Positions 1-9,608 of a DNA stretch of 62,251 nucleotides are shown one piece after another. The position numbers were made by a program, and so were the translations under genes. The stretch spans positions 1 through 62,251 of the forward strand of contig WFNO01000005.1 of assembly GCA_015488555.1 (NCBI GenBank). The letters run 5' to 3'. Each line of letters begins with the position of its first letter. Within the stretch, counting starts at the first letter, position 1. The notes below the pieces were generated by a model that was not told where the DNA came from, did not search any database, and saw only the letters and a list, made by a program, of their open reading frames with translations. Source of the DNA: Gammaproteobacteria bacterium. GTDB taxonomy: Bacteria; Pseudomonadota; Gammaproteobacteria; SZUA-140.

Positions 1-51
1 CAGCAAGCCCCCCAGCAAGCCCCCCAGCAGGCCCAGGCCCCAGACGGCTAG
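1..51 (+). CDS. Probable 3' end of a gene entering from the left (QQAPQQAPQQAQAPDG*), containing a 12-bp tandem repeat
   Basis: Frame 1 is open to TAG at 49-51; the cagcaagccccc unit is repeated and encodes QQAP. No product can be assigned. Confidence 0.4.
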   Translation, partial: QQAPQQAPQQAQAPDG

Positions 52-347
52 ACGGGCTCCCACCCCTGTTGCCCTGCGCCGCACCTCGGCCAGGCTTCCT
101 TCTGGAATTCTCCCCGGGGTTTTCCCCGGTATTTTCATGGCAGGATCCGCCTTACAATGATTTCGTGATTTCGGCGCATTTTCCACCCCACCTAGACATC
201 CCCGACGCCGCCGTGGGTCATGGATTACGCCATACTTTACACGCAATGCTTCAATTATAACAGATAAGCTATATGAGGAATCACGGGATTTCGGTGCCAT
301 CCCGCGAGCATGCTCTCTCCCGGCCGGCGCGCGGCTCGACCACCACC

Positions 348-1034
348 ATGGCCTGTACCATCGTCGTCCCGGTGTTGAACGATGCGGTTTGGCTTGCCCG
401 GAATCTCCCCGCCCTGCAAGCCCTGCGCGCCCGGGGCGTGGAAATCGTGGTCGTGGACGGCGGCAGCCGTGACGGCAGCGCCGCCGTGGCCGCGCCACTG
501 GCCGACCGGGTGCTGCATGCGCCGCGGGGGCGGGCGCGCCAGATGAACGCCGGTGCAGCCGTGGCACGCGGAGAGATCCTGCTCTTCCTGCATGCCGACA
601 CCCGCCTGCCTGCCGGTGCCATCGAGACGGTCATCGAGGGACTCACCAGCAGCGGCCGCTGCTGGGGGCGCTTCGACGTCTGCCTGGACGGCCGCGCTCC
701 GCTGTTGCGCCTGGTGGCCTGGAGCATGAACCTGCGTTCCCGGCTCACCGGCATCGCCACCGGAGATCAGGCCATCTTCGTCACCGCCGCCGCCTTCCGC
801 CGCGCGGGTGGATTCCCCGATCTGGCACTCATGGAAGACATCGCCATGAGCCGGCGCCTCAAGGCCATGTCCCGCCCCCTGTGCCTGCGCCAGCGAGTGC
901 TCACCTCCAGCAGGCGCTGGGAACAGGACGGAATCCTGCGCACCATCCTCCTCATGTGGCGCCTGCGCCTGGCCTTCTTCCTGGGCGCCGATCCCGAGCG
1001 TCTCGCGCGCCGCTACTACGGCGGTCACACATGA
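348..1034 (+). CDS. Glycosyltransferase family 2, TIGR04283-type
   Basis: IVVPVLN, VVVDGGSRD, RGRARQMNAGA, LFLHADT, TGDQAIF, LMEDI and TSSRRW motifs; ATG 348 preferred over the ORF-track start at 273. Confidence 0.9.
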   Translation: MACTIVVPVLNDAVWLARNLPALQALRARGVEIVVVDGGSRDGSAAVAAPLADRVLHAPRGRARQMNAGAAVARGEILLFLHADTRLPAGAIETVIEGLTSSGRCWGRFDVCLDGRAPLLRLVAWSMNLRSRLTGIATGDQAIFVTAAAFRRAGGFPDLALMEDIAMSRRLKAMSRPLCLRQRVLTSSRRWEQDGILRTILLMWRLRLAFFLGADPERLARRYYGGHT

Positions 1035-1747
1035 GCCGCCGTGGCACCTGCCTGCTGGTCTTCGCCAAGGCGCCGCTGCCGGGGCGGGTGAAGACCCGCC
1101 TGGCGGCCGAACTCGGCGCCGCCCGGGCGGCACTGCTACACCGGCTCCTGCTCCGCCATACCCTGGAAGAACTCTGTGGGGGCATGCGCTCCGTTCCGCT
1201 CGCCGTGGAGCTGTGGTGCGCGCCCCACATCCGCCATCCCTTCTTCCGGGAATGCCGCCGGCGCTACGCCCTGGCGCTGTGCCGGCAGCGGGGACGGGAT
1301 CTGGGAGCGCGCATGCACCACGCCTTCACCACCGCCTTGCGCCGCCACCGGGCGGTCCTGCTCGCGGGCAGCGACTGCCCCCAACTCACCACCGCCCATC
1401 TACGACGGGCACATGCCGCGCTGGCCGGCTGCGATGCCGTACTCACACCGGCTCGGGACGGCGGTTATGTCCTGGTGGGCCTGCGCCGCCCTGCGCCGTT
1501 CCTGTTCAGTGACATGCCCTGGGGCAGCTCCGCGGTGCTGGCCGAGACCCGCAGGCGCCTGCGCCGCAAGGGATACCGCTGGCTGGAGCTGCCCCCGCTA
1601 GCGGACGTGGACGAATACCCGGACCTGTTGCAGTTGCTGGACCGCGCCGGAGACGCCCCTGGATTGCAAGTTCTGGCGCGCCGCCTGGAGTCCCTGCTGG
1701 GAGCACGCCGAACGCCCTCGGGAAAGTCCCGCGGCACATCCTGCTGA
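1031..1747 (+). CDS. TIGR04282/DUF2064-type glycosyltransferase-like protein
   Basis: FAKAPLPGRVKTRL, QRGRDLGARM, GSDCP, PARDGGYVLVGL, MPWGS and DVD motifs; ATGA overlap with the upstream GT2 gene, the usual partner. Confidence 0.9.
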   Translation: MSRRGTCLLVFAKAPLPGRVKTRLAAELGAARAALLHRLLLRHTLEELCGGMRSVPLAVELWCAPHIRHPFFRECRRRYALALCRQRGRDLGARMHHAFTTALRRHRAVLLAGSDCPQLTTAHLRRAHAALAGCDAVLTPARDGGYVLVGLRRPAPFLFSDMPWGSSAVLAETRRRLRRKGYRWLELPPLADVDEYPDLLQLLDRAGDAPGLQVLARRLESLLGARRTPSGKSRGTSC

Positions 1748-1841
1748 TCACATCATGGGTGTCCCATTCGAAACACACCCCGCAACCCGTTTTGGACAAG
1801 CAGCAAAGCCCCCCTGTAAAATCTGCCCGGAGGGAGAGGCC

Positions 1842-4664
1842 ATGACACATTCACGAGCACACCGTTGCGGGGAGGGCGGCCGCGAGATCCGGTCGAAGAT
1901 CCAGCTGAAGATCGGCCCATCCTGGTCGAAGGCCGGATCGGCCCGCGCAGGCATCCTATCGGGTATCCTGCTCGTGGCAATGACGGCGCTGGTGACCATC
2001 GCCGGCCTGGCCCGCATGTCATCGCAGATCCAGGCTCCACTGTCTGGGTTCGAGGCCAGGGGAGTCACACCGGCACTCGCCCTGCGTTTCGAACCGTTAC
2101 CCGGAAACACGCCGGTCTATGCGGCCCGAGGAACGGACTATCACATCGCCCTCACTCCAGAGGGCGCGCGGTTGGCACTGGGTCGAAACGATACCCTCAC
2201 CTTGCATCTCTTGCAGGCCGATTCCGTCCCTCCGGTTGCGGCACGGCCCCTGCCCACCCGCCACCACTACTTGCTGGGGCGCGACCCGGCCCGCTGGCGT
2301 ATCGGGATACCCACCTATGGCGAGATCCGCTATCCCGGTGTCTATCCCGGCATCGACCTGGTCTATTACGGGCAGGAGGGACGCCTGGAATACGATTTCG
2401 TCGTGTCTCCGGGAGCCGACCCCGGGCGCATCCGACTGGCCTTCGAAGGCGCGGACGTCCTGCGCCTGTTGCCCGGGGGCAAGTTGCTGATCCAGGCCGG
2501 GACACACCGCCTGATCCAGCCGCCGCCACACAGCTATCAGGTGATCGACGGCCGCAAGCGGACCATCGCCAGCGGGTATCGCCTGGACGCCAACGGACGA
2601 GTGCGTTTCCAGCTCGCCGCCTACGACCCGCGCCACCCGCTGGTGATCGATCCGGTGCTGGTGTATGCCAGTTATTTCGGCGGCGACAGCGACGACCGCA
2701 TCACCGCCATGGCCGTGGACGATGCCGGCAACGTCTATCTCACCGGCTACACCACGTCCACGGATCTGGGGAGCAGCGCCAGTCTCGATGCCGACTGCGG
2801 CAGCGACGGCACTTGCAACCAGGAGATCCCCTCTCAGGATTCGGTCTTTCGCAAGGCCGATCTCTTCGTCACCAAGTTGTCCCCGGACGGCAGCCCGCTC
2901 TTCACCACCTACCTGGGCGGTAACCGCACCGACCAGGGCCACGCCATCGCCGTGGATGCCGGCACGGGCGACATCGTGGTCGCCGGCCACACCCTGAGCA
3001 CCGACTACCCCACCACCGGCGGGGCCTATGCCCCGGCCTGCACCGATCTCTTGCCAGCAGGCAACCCGGACGGCATCTGCGACGAGCGCGTGCAGGCAGT
3101 GGTCACGCGCCTGAGCGCCGACGGGACCGCCTTGCGATATTCCACCTACCTGGGCGGCAACGGGGACGACATGGCCCTCGCCCTGGCACTCGACGACAGC
3201 GGCAATGCCTACGTGGCGGGCAGCACTACTTCTGGAGAGGGATTGGCCACCTCAGGTGCTTACGACAAAATCTTCTCGGGCCACGAGGACGGCTTCATCG
3301 CCAAGCTGGATCCGACCGGAATGGATTTGCTCTATGCCACCTATCTCGGCGGCACCGCCACCGACATCGTACGTGACATCGCTGTGGATGCGTCCGGCAA
3401 TGCCTATGTCACGGGCTACACCGGTTCCCGGGATTTCCCGGTAACCACCGGGGCCCTGGACAAGCAGTGCGGGCTCGCCGGCACCTGTGACGACAGCTAC
3501 GACGCCTTCGTGGTCAAACTGAACGATACCGGCACGGCTCTGGACTACGCCACCTACCTGGGCGGTGAAGGCTACGACTACGGCAACGCCATCGCCGTGG
3601 ACGCGACCGGCAATGCCTACGTGGCCGGCGAGACCCGTTCTTCCCTGGACTTCAGCGGTGCGCCGTCGGCCAATGCCCACCAAGACGAGCTCGGCGGCAG
3701 CTACGATGCCTTCGTCGCACGCCTGAACGCTGCAGGCGATGCCCTGAATGCGTTCACCTATCTGGGCGGCGGATCGGGGGACCTCATCAACGACCTGGCC
3801 CTGGACGGTACCGGAGACGTCCACGTGGCGGGCTTCACACTCTCCCGTGACTTTCCCGTCCTGGATCCTTTCTATCCCTCCCCACCCCAGCGCCTGGACG
3901 ATGCCGTCATCGTCTACAACGCCGACACCTTCGTGGCCCGCCTCAGCGCCGATCTCTCCACCCTGCGTTATGCCAGCCTCTATGGCGGCCAGCACAACGA
4001 CTACGCCACCACCCTGGCCGTGGGCGGGAGCGGGCGTGTCTATTTCGCCGGCTACACCTTCTCCGCCGACCTGCCGGTGAGCGATGACGCCGCCCAGGCA
4101 TCGCACCGCAATGAGAAGGACGGACTCGAGACCATCGTCGCCGCCGACGGCTTCGTGGCCTGGGTGGACGACAGCGCCAGCGATCTGGCGGTCACCCTGA
4201 GCGACGATGCCGATCCCATTGCCCAGGGCGAGACCGTCACCTACACGGCCGTGGTCTCCAACCTGAGCCAGTCGGACGCGCAGGGCGTGCGTTTTTCTTA
4301 CGACATTCCCCAGGACACCAACCTAGTGGCCAGTGCCACCACGGTCGGCAGCTGCGTGCGACGCTACAACACCGTGATCTGTGACATCGGGCGTCTGGCC
4401 GCCGGCGCCCAGGCCACGATCACCGTCACCATCAAACCCCGCGGTGCCGGTGAATTCCACAATACCGCCGTGGTCACCGCCCTGGTCACCGACTCCAACC
4501 CCAGTAACAACAGTGCCAGCGAAATCACCAGCGTCACACCACCCTTCTTCACGCCCAGCACGGGCGGAAGCGCCGCCTTGAGCCCCTGGATGTTGATTCT
4601 GCTGTCGTTCGCCATGCTGGCTTGCCGGTTTCGAGGCCGGCGACCGGCACGAGCCACCACCTGA
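1842..4664 (+). CDS. Large extracytoplasmic SBBP beta-propeller repeat protein with DUF11 domain and GlyGly-CTERM-like tail
   Basis: N-terminal hydrophobic segment; YPGIDLVYYG..LEYDFVV and LVIDP; repeated YxTYLGG...IAVDxxGNAYVxGxTxS; DUF11-like DLAVT...DSNPSNNSAS; C-terminal TGGSAALSPW-hydrophobic-RFRGRR. Start is uncertain (1755 or 1842; 1842 has a GGGAGAGG RBS). Confidence 0.85.
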   Translation: MTHSRAHRCGEGGREIRSKIQLKIGPSWSKAGSARAGILSGILLVAMTALVTIAGLARMSSQIQAPLSGFEARGVTPALALRFEPLPGNTPVYAARGTDYHIALTPEGARLALGRNDTLTLHLLQADSVPPVAARPLPTRHHYLLGRDPARWRIGIPTYGEIRYPGVYPGIDLVYYGQEGRLEYDFVVSPGADPGRIRLAFEGADVLRLLPGGKLLIQAGTHRLIQPPPHSYQVIDGRKRTIASGYRLDANGRVRFQLAAYDPRHPLVIDPVLVYASYFGGDSDDRITAMAVDDAGNVYLTGYTTSTDLGSSASLDADCGSDGTCNQEIPSQDSVFRKADLFVTKLSPDGSPLFTTYLGGNRTDQGHAIAVDAGTGDIVVAGHTLSTDYPTTGGAYAPACTDLLPAGNPDGICDERVQAVVTRLSADGTALRYSTYLGGNGDDMALALALDDSGNAYVAGSTTSGEGLATSGAYDKIFSGHEDGFIAKLDPTGMDLLYATYLGGTATDIVRDIAVDASGNAYVTGYTGSRDFPVTTGALDKQCGLAGTCDDSYDAFVVKLNDTGTALDYATYLGGEGYDYGNAIAVDATGNAYVAGETRSSLDFSGAPSANAHQDELGGSYDAFVARLNAAGDALNAFTYLGGGSGDLINDLALDGTGDVHVAGFTLSRDFPVLDPFYPSPPQRLDDAVIVYNADTFVARLSADLSTLRYASLYGGQHNDYATTLAVGGSGRVYFAGYTFSADLPVSDDAAQASHRNEKDGLETIVAADGFVAWVDDSASDLAVTLSDDADPIAQGETVTYTAVVSNLSQSDAQGVRFSYDIPQDTNLVASATTVGSCVRRYNTVICDIGRLAAGAQATITVTIKPRGAGEFHNTAVVTALVTDSNPSNNSASEITSVTPPFFTPSTGGSAALSPWMLILLSFAMLACRFRGRRPARATT

Positions 4665-4750
4665 TCCAGCACACCCTCTGTCGTATTCCCAGCCGAAAGC
4701 ACCAGCGAACGGGTTTACTCCGCGCACTTTCCCCGATACCCTGTGTCACC

Positions 4751-5014
4751 AGCCTCAGGTGTCTCCGGAGGCGGTCCCGCCCCGGAGATGAAACGGGAAG
4801 CCGGTGCGCCTGGTCGCCGACCATGGCAAGTCCGGCGCTGCCCCCGCAACGGTAGGCGAGTCGAGGAAGCGGCACGACGCCACTGTGCCTTGTACTGTGC
4901 CCGGGCGATTCAGGCGTACGCCCGAAATGGTATGGGATCGGCATGGGAAGGCGCCGCTTCCGGCATGGTCGATCCCGATCCGTGCCACTCGCGAGCCCGG
5001 AGACCGGCCTGGGG
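4751..5014 (+). promoter_or_regulatory. Cobalamin (B12) riboswitch
   Basis: Conserved elements in order: AGGT, TGAAACGGGAAGCCGGTG, AAGTCCGGCGCTGCCCCCGCAACGGTA, GCCACTG, GGGAAGG, B12-box GAGCCCGGAGACCGGCC; closing helix cctcagg/cctgggg; lies directly upstream of a btuB-like gene. Confidence 0.93.
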
Positions 5015-5150
5015 TCCGATGAAACCGGATCGCGGAGGGCGAGACGGGGAGCGTCATCGTATCGCCGCTCGGCTGCTCCGCGTTCCTCCCGCATAACGAA
5101 CAAAAACGACCGCTGCGCGGGTGTGCGCAGCACAATCACGAGGAGGACAC

Positions 5151-6929
5151 ATGAACCAGCGTATCTCCTGCGCCGTCCTGCTGGCGCTATGGACCCCTTT
5201 CGCCTCGGCATCCGATCCCGTGGTAGTCTCTGCTCCCATCGTCGTCACTGCCACCCGTACCGCGGAGATCGCCGACGAGACCCTGGCCCCGGTGATCGTC
5301 ATCACTCGGGAAGACATCGCCCGCTCCCAGGCCACCGACGTGGCCGATCTGCTGCGCTTCCACGCCGGCCTGGAAATCACCCGCAATGGGGGTCCCGGCC
5401 AGACCACCTCTTTGTTCCTGCGCGGTACCGACAGCAACCACACCCTGGTGCTGGTGGACGGTGTCAAGATCAATCCCGGCACCATCGGTGGCGCCGCCCT
5501 GCAGCACATCAACCCGGAGATCATCGAACGCATCGAAATCGTCAAGGGGCCGCGCTCCACCCTCTACGGCTCCGAGGCCATCGGCGGCGTCGTCAACATC
5601 ATCACCCGCTCCGAGGCTCCGGGTACACGCACCGAGCTGGCCTATGGCCAGGGCAAGTACGACACCCGCACGGCCAGTCTGGACCTGCGCCAGCGCCGCG
5701 GTGACTTTCGCAGCGGCATCACCGTGAGCGGATTGCGAAGCGATGGTTTCCCTCCCCGCGAGGGTTCCGATCTCGACCGCGGCCACGACAACACCACCAT
5801 CAATGCCTATCTGGGCTCCCGCCTCGGCCCCGTCGATGCCGAGGTGAGCCTGTGGCGCGCGGCAGGCAATACAGAATACCTGGACTTCTTCCTCAATCCC
5901 GTGGACCAGGACTTCGAAAATCGCGTGGCCGCCCTCACCCTCGAGGCCAACCCCAGTGACGCCTGGACCAGCCTCCTGCGCCTGAGCCACACCATCGACG
6001 AGATCGACCAGAACCAGAGCGATGATTACGCGCGCACCCGCCGCTACCTGGTGGACTTTCAAAACGACATCCAGATCGGCGCGCGCCAGTTGCTGAGCGC
6101 GGGACTGTGGTTGTCCCGGGAAGACACCGCCGCCAGTGTCTTCGGCAGTGCCTTCGACGAGGACACGGCGGTGAATGCGGCCTACCTGCAGGACGATCTC
6201 GACCTGGGCCGGCACCGCCTGCTGCTGGCGGCACGCGTCACCGATCACGACAGTTTCGGCACCCACACCACCTGGGACGTGGAATACGGCTACCAGTGGG
6301 GCGAGCGCACGCGCCTCACCGCCTCCGCCGGCACCGCCTTTCGGGCACCCGATGCCACCGATCGCTTCGGCTTCGGCGGCAATCCGGACCTGGATCCGGA
6401 GACCGCCCGCAACCTGGAAATGGGGTTGCGCCATACCGCGGGACATCACCGGTTCAGCGCCAGCGCCTTTCGCAACGACATCGACGACCTGATCGAATAC
6501 GACTTCGTCACTGCCACCATGCAGAACACCGGCAAGGCCCGCATCACCGGGCTGGAGCTGGCGTATGATTTCGCACGAGGTCCCTGGCAGCTTCGCACCG
6601 AGCTCAGTTTCCAGGATCCGGAGAACCGGGACACGGGAGACCGCTTGTTGCGCCGGGCCACGCGCAATCTCACCGCCAATCTGCGCTACGAGCGGCCCCG
6701 TTACAGCATGTCCCTGGATCTGCTGGCCGCCGGAGACCGCAAAGACTTCGGCGGTGACCTGGACAGCTACGAATTGCTCAATGCGACGCTGGCGCTGCGC
6801 CCCCTGCCCTCCTGGGAGGCTCGGCTCAAGATCGAGAACCTACTCGACCAGGACTATCAGTTGGCACGGACCTACAACACCAGCGAGCGGGCCTGGTTCC
6901 TGGAACTGCGCTACCGCCATCGCGGCTGA
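5151..6929 (+). CDS. btuB: TonB-dependent vitamin B12 receptor
   Basis: Signal peptide, TonB box IVVTATR, plug motifs LFLRGTDSNHTLVLVDGV and ERIEIVKGPRSTLYGSEAIGGVVNIIT, GNPDLDPE, IENLLD; AGGAGG RBS; downstream of a B12 riboswitch. Confidence 0.92.
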   Translation: MNQRISCAVLLALWTPFASASDPVVVSAPIVVTATRTAEIADETLAPVIVITREDIARSQATDVADLLRFHAGLEITRNGGPGQTTSLFLRGTDSNHTLVLVDGVKINPGTIGGAALQHINPEIIERIEIVKGPRSTLYGSEAIGGVVNIITRSEAPGTRTELAYGQGKYDTRTASLDLRQRRGDFRSGITVSGLRSDGFPPREGSDLDRGHDNTTINAYLGSRLGPVDAEVSLWRAAGNTEYLDFFLNPVDQDFENRVAALTLEANPSDAWTSLLRLSHTIDEIDQNQSDDYARTRRYLVDFQNDIQIGARQLLSAGLWLSREDTAASVFGSAFDEDTAVNAAYLQDDLDLGRHRLLLAARVTDHDSFGTHTTWDVEYGYQWGERTRLTASAGTAFRAPDATDRFGFGGNPDLDPETARNLEMGLRHTAGHHRFSASAFRNDIDDLIEYDFVTATMQNTGKARITGLELAYDFARGPWQLRTELSFQDPENRDTGDRLLRRATRNLTANLRYERPRYSMSLDLLAAGDRKDFGGDLDSYELLNATLALRPLPSWEARLKIENLLDQDYQLARTYNTSERAWFLELRYRHRG

Positions 6930-6993
6930 GCCCGTGGAAACAGCCAGCGAGTACGGCACCGGCGATGCACCCCTGTCGCCGTTCGCACCTCCT

Positions 6994-7048
6994 CTGGGGT
7001 CGGTGACAAACGCAAATACAAATGATTTGCGTTTGTCACCGACCCCAG
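6994..7048. repeat. REP-like perfect palindrome, copy 1 (24-bp arms, 7-nt loop)
   Basis: ctggggtcggtgacaaacgcaaat-acaaatg-atttgcgtttgtcaccgaccccag; 6998-7046 is identical to 12772-12820. Confidence 0.92.
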
Positions 7049-7128
7049 GGTGATGCGGTTCACGTTTCGGCATTCCGGATTGGAGGGCGGTCTTCCGTTG
7101 CCCGATAAGCAGTCGTGGCACCTCATGA

Positions 7129-8931
7129 ATGTTCTTGCCCATGAAACGGCTCTTGTCGTGGTGCATGCGCCTCTCCTTGCTGCTCGTGCTGGGTGCCCTG
7201 GCCACGCCGTTCCTGGTGCCTCTTGACCGTTTCCGCCCTCAACTGGAACACCAGCTCAGCCAACTCAGCGGGCGCTATGTGCGTCTGGGGGCCCTGCGAC
7301 TGGAAATCCTGCCCCAGCCTGCCCTCTATGCCGAGGCGGTCAGTTTCTGGGGGCATACGGCGGCCCAGAGTTCTCCCATCACATCCCGGGGGGAACTGTA
7401 CGTGCAGCGTCTCGCCCTGCATCCCGACATGGGACGGCTGCTCTTCGAACGACGCCTGGTATTGCGCCACATCGCCCTTCATGGCGTCGCCGTCAACGAG
7501 GCCCTGCTCCGGAATCTGGTACGGCGGCTGCGTGCGCAACAGGCCACGCCCAGTGATGGAGATCCTGCATGGGGCCTCGAATCCCTGGCCGCCGATCCAA
7601 TGACCATCCGCCTGCAAGGCGGACAGGTGCTGGGACCCTATCGCATGCGCCTCCAGCTGCATCCGGACAACCGCCTGCGGGAAATCGATCTGATGCGCCG
7701 GGACGGCAGCCTGCAGTTGCACCTGGAACCTCGCGACAAGGGATTCGCCCTGACGCTCAAGGCCGTCCGCTGGACCCTGCCGCTGCCGCCCCCGCTGCAG
7801 TTCGACGCCCTCCAGGCTGCGGGCCTGCTCACTCCCCAAGGGGTGTCGCTCGACCATGTGCAGGCGCGTGCCTACGGCGGCCGGATCGAAGGGCAGGCAC
7901 GACTCCAATGGCAGGACGATTGGCGCCTGGACGCCCACCTGCGCAGCACCGGCGTGCACATGGCCCCCCTCATTCGCTTGTTCGGCGGCTCGGGCTTTCG
8001 CGGGGATTTCCACGGCGACCTGGAAATCCGCCTGCAGGCTGCCGATGCGACCGGAATTTTCCGCAATCCCCTCGTCCAGGGACCCTTCCGCATCACGAAT
8101 GGCGTGGTGGGCAGCGATCCCTCCAGGCCCTTGCTGGTCTTCCAGTCCTTCGCCGCCCGCGGGCGCCTCGACCGAGCGGGCATCGACACCTGGGGCAATC
8201 TCCTCCAGGCCTATGGAGGCCGCGCAGCCAGTACCCATCTCCGCCTGCGCTGGCAGCCGCAATGGCGTTTGGAAGGCACAGTGGAAGTGGCGAACATGGA
8301 CAGCGAGGCCCTGCTGGCCGGTTTCCTGGAACAACGGGCATTGGCCGGCCGCCTCTCGGGACAGACGCGACTGGCGCTCGCCGGCGACACGTTTCAAGCG
8401 CTTTTTCTGCACCCGCAACTGCAAGCCCGCATCCATCTGCAGGACGGCCGGTTCTACCGCGCCGATCTGGAGAAAGCCGGCAGCTCGCTGGGGCGGGAAA
8501 GCGCCGGCGAGACCCGCTTCCAGGACCTGCACGCCCGCATTCGCATGACCGGCGGCCACACATATGTGGAAGATCTACACCTCGGCTCGCGCGCCCTGCA
8601 AGCGACGGGAGCCTTCCAAGTCGACGAATCCGGGAACCTCTCAGGCCATCTGGACGTGGGACTCAAACACACGGGCTTTCTCACCAGCATCCCGCTGGTG
8701 GTGAGCGGTCACCGGGACGATCCTCACTTGCGCCCCAGCAAGGCCGTATTGCTGGGAGGCGTGGCGGGCAGTGGCCTGTGGGGTCCAGGCATCGGCACGG
8801 CCCTGGGAATCAAATTGGGCGAGACGGTGGAAAAATTCACGCGACTGCTGCGCCGCAACTCCGACGATCCACGGGATGCGGCGGCCGATCCCGCCGACAA
8901 CGGGGACACAAGCACGGCCGGCACAAAGTAG
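7129..8931 (+). CDS. AsmA-family (repeating beta-groove) protein
   Basis: N-terminal TM anchor followed by PFLVPLDRFRPQLEHQLSQLSGRYVRLG; duplicated AYGGR...LxWQxxWRL unit; GETRFQDL and IPLVVSG in an AsmA-like C-terminus. Confidence 0.8.
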   Translation: MFLPMKRLLSWCMRLSLLLVLGALATPFLVPLDRFRPQLEHQLSQLSGRYVRLGALRLEILPQPALYAEAVSFWGHTAAQSSPITSRGELYVQRLALHPDMGRLLFERRLVLRHIALHGVAVNEALLRNLVRRLRAQQATPSDGDPAWGLESLAADPMTIRLQGGQVLGPYRMRLQLHPDNRLREIDLMRRDGSLQLHLEPRDKGFALTLKAVRWTLPLPPPLQFDALQAAGLLTPQGVSLDHVQARAYGGRIEGQARLQWQDDWRLDAHLRSTGVHMAPLIRLFGGSGFRGDFHGDLEIRLQAADATGIFRNPLVQGPFRITNGVVGSDPSRPLLVFQSFAARGRLDRAGIDTWGNLLQAYGGRAASTHLRLRWQPQWRLEGTVEVANMDSEALLAGFLEQRALAGRLSGQTRLALAGDTFQALFLHPQLQARIHLQDGRFYRADLEKAGSSLGRESAGETRFQDLHARIRMTGGHTYVEDLHLGSRALQATGAFQVDESGNLSGHLDVGLKHTGFLTSIPLVVSGHRDDPHLRPSKAVLLGGVAGSGLWGPGIGTALGIKLGETVEKFTRLLRRNSDDPRDAAADPADNGDTSTAGTK

Positions 8932-8998
8932 CACACCCGCGCTGTAACGCCCTGTAAAGAGCCTGTTACAATGCGCCTGAACAGAAAGACAGTCACCG

Positions 8999-9565
8999 AT
9001 GGGGCATCGACTCACGAAGATCTACACCCGCCGGGGCGACGGCGGGGAGAGCGCCCTGGCAGACGGCCAGCGCCTGCCCAAGGATCATCCCCGCTTCGAA
9101 GCCCTGGGTACGCTGGACGAATTGAACGCCGCCGTGGGCATGATCCTGGCGCTGGGGCCTCCTGCCGATCTACGCCCCGGTCTCCTGGCCATACAACAGT
9201 GCCTGTTCGACATCGGCGCGGAGCTGTCCCTGCCCGGTCGGAGGGACTTTCCGCCCGATCCCCACAAAGAGCTGGAACGCTGGTTGGACGAACTCAACAG
9301 CGACCTGCCGCCGCTGCAGGAATTCATCCTGCCCGGCGGCACGCCGCTCGCGGCCGCTTGCCACCAGGCCCGTACCGTGTGCCGCCGCGCCGAGCGCCGT
9401 CTCGTCACCCTGCACCGCAAGGAAGGTCTCAATCTTCACGTCCTGACCTATCTCAACCGGCTTTCCGATCTGCTGTTCGTCCTGGCCCGGGTGTGCAACC
9501 GGCGTGCCCAGTTCGACGAAGGGATCGACGAACCCCAGTGGCAACCCCGCCGCCCGCCGGATTGA
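8999..9565 (+). CDS. pduO: ATP:cob(I)alamin adenosyltransferase, PduO type
   Basis: KIYTRRGDGG, GTLDELNA, FILPGG, RTVCRRAER and YLNRLSDLLF motifs. Confidence 0.93.
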   Translation: MGHRLTKIYTRRGDGGESALADGQRLPKDHPRFEALGTLDELNAAVGMILALGPPADLRPGLLAIQQCLFDIGAELSLPGRRDFPPDPHKELERWLDELNSDLPPLQEFILPGGTPLAAACHQARTVCRRAERRLVTLHRKEGLNLHVLTYLNRLSDLLFVLARVCNRRAQFDEGIDEPQWQPRRPPD

Positions 9566-9608
9566 GCCTCCGCCTCGAGCCTCTGGACCGAATCCTCGTA
9601 TCGGGTCC

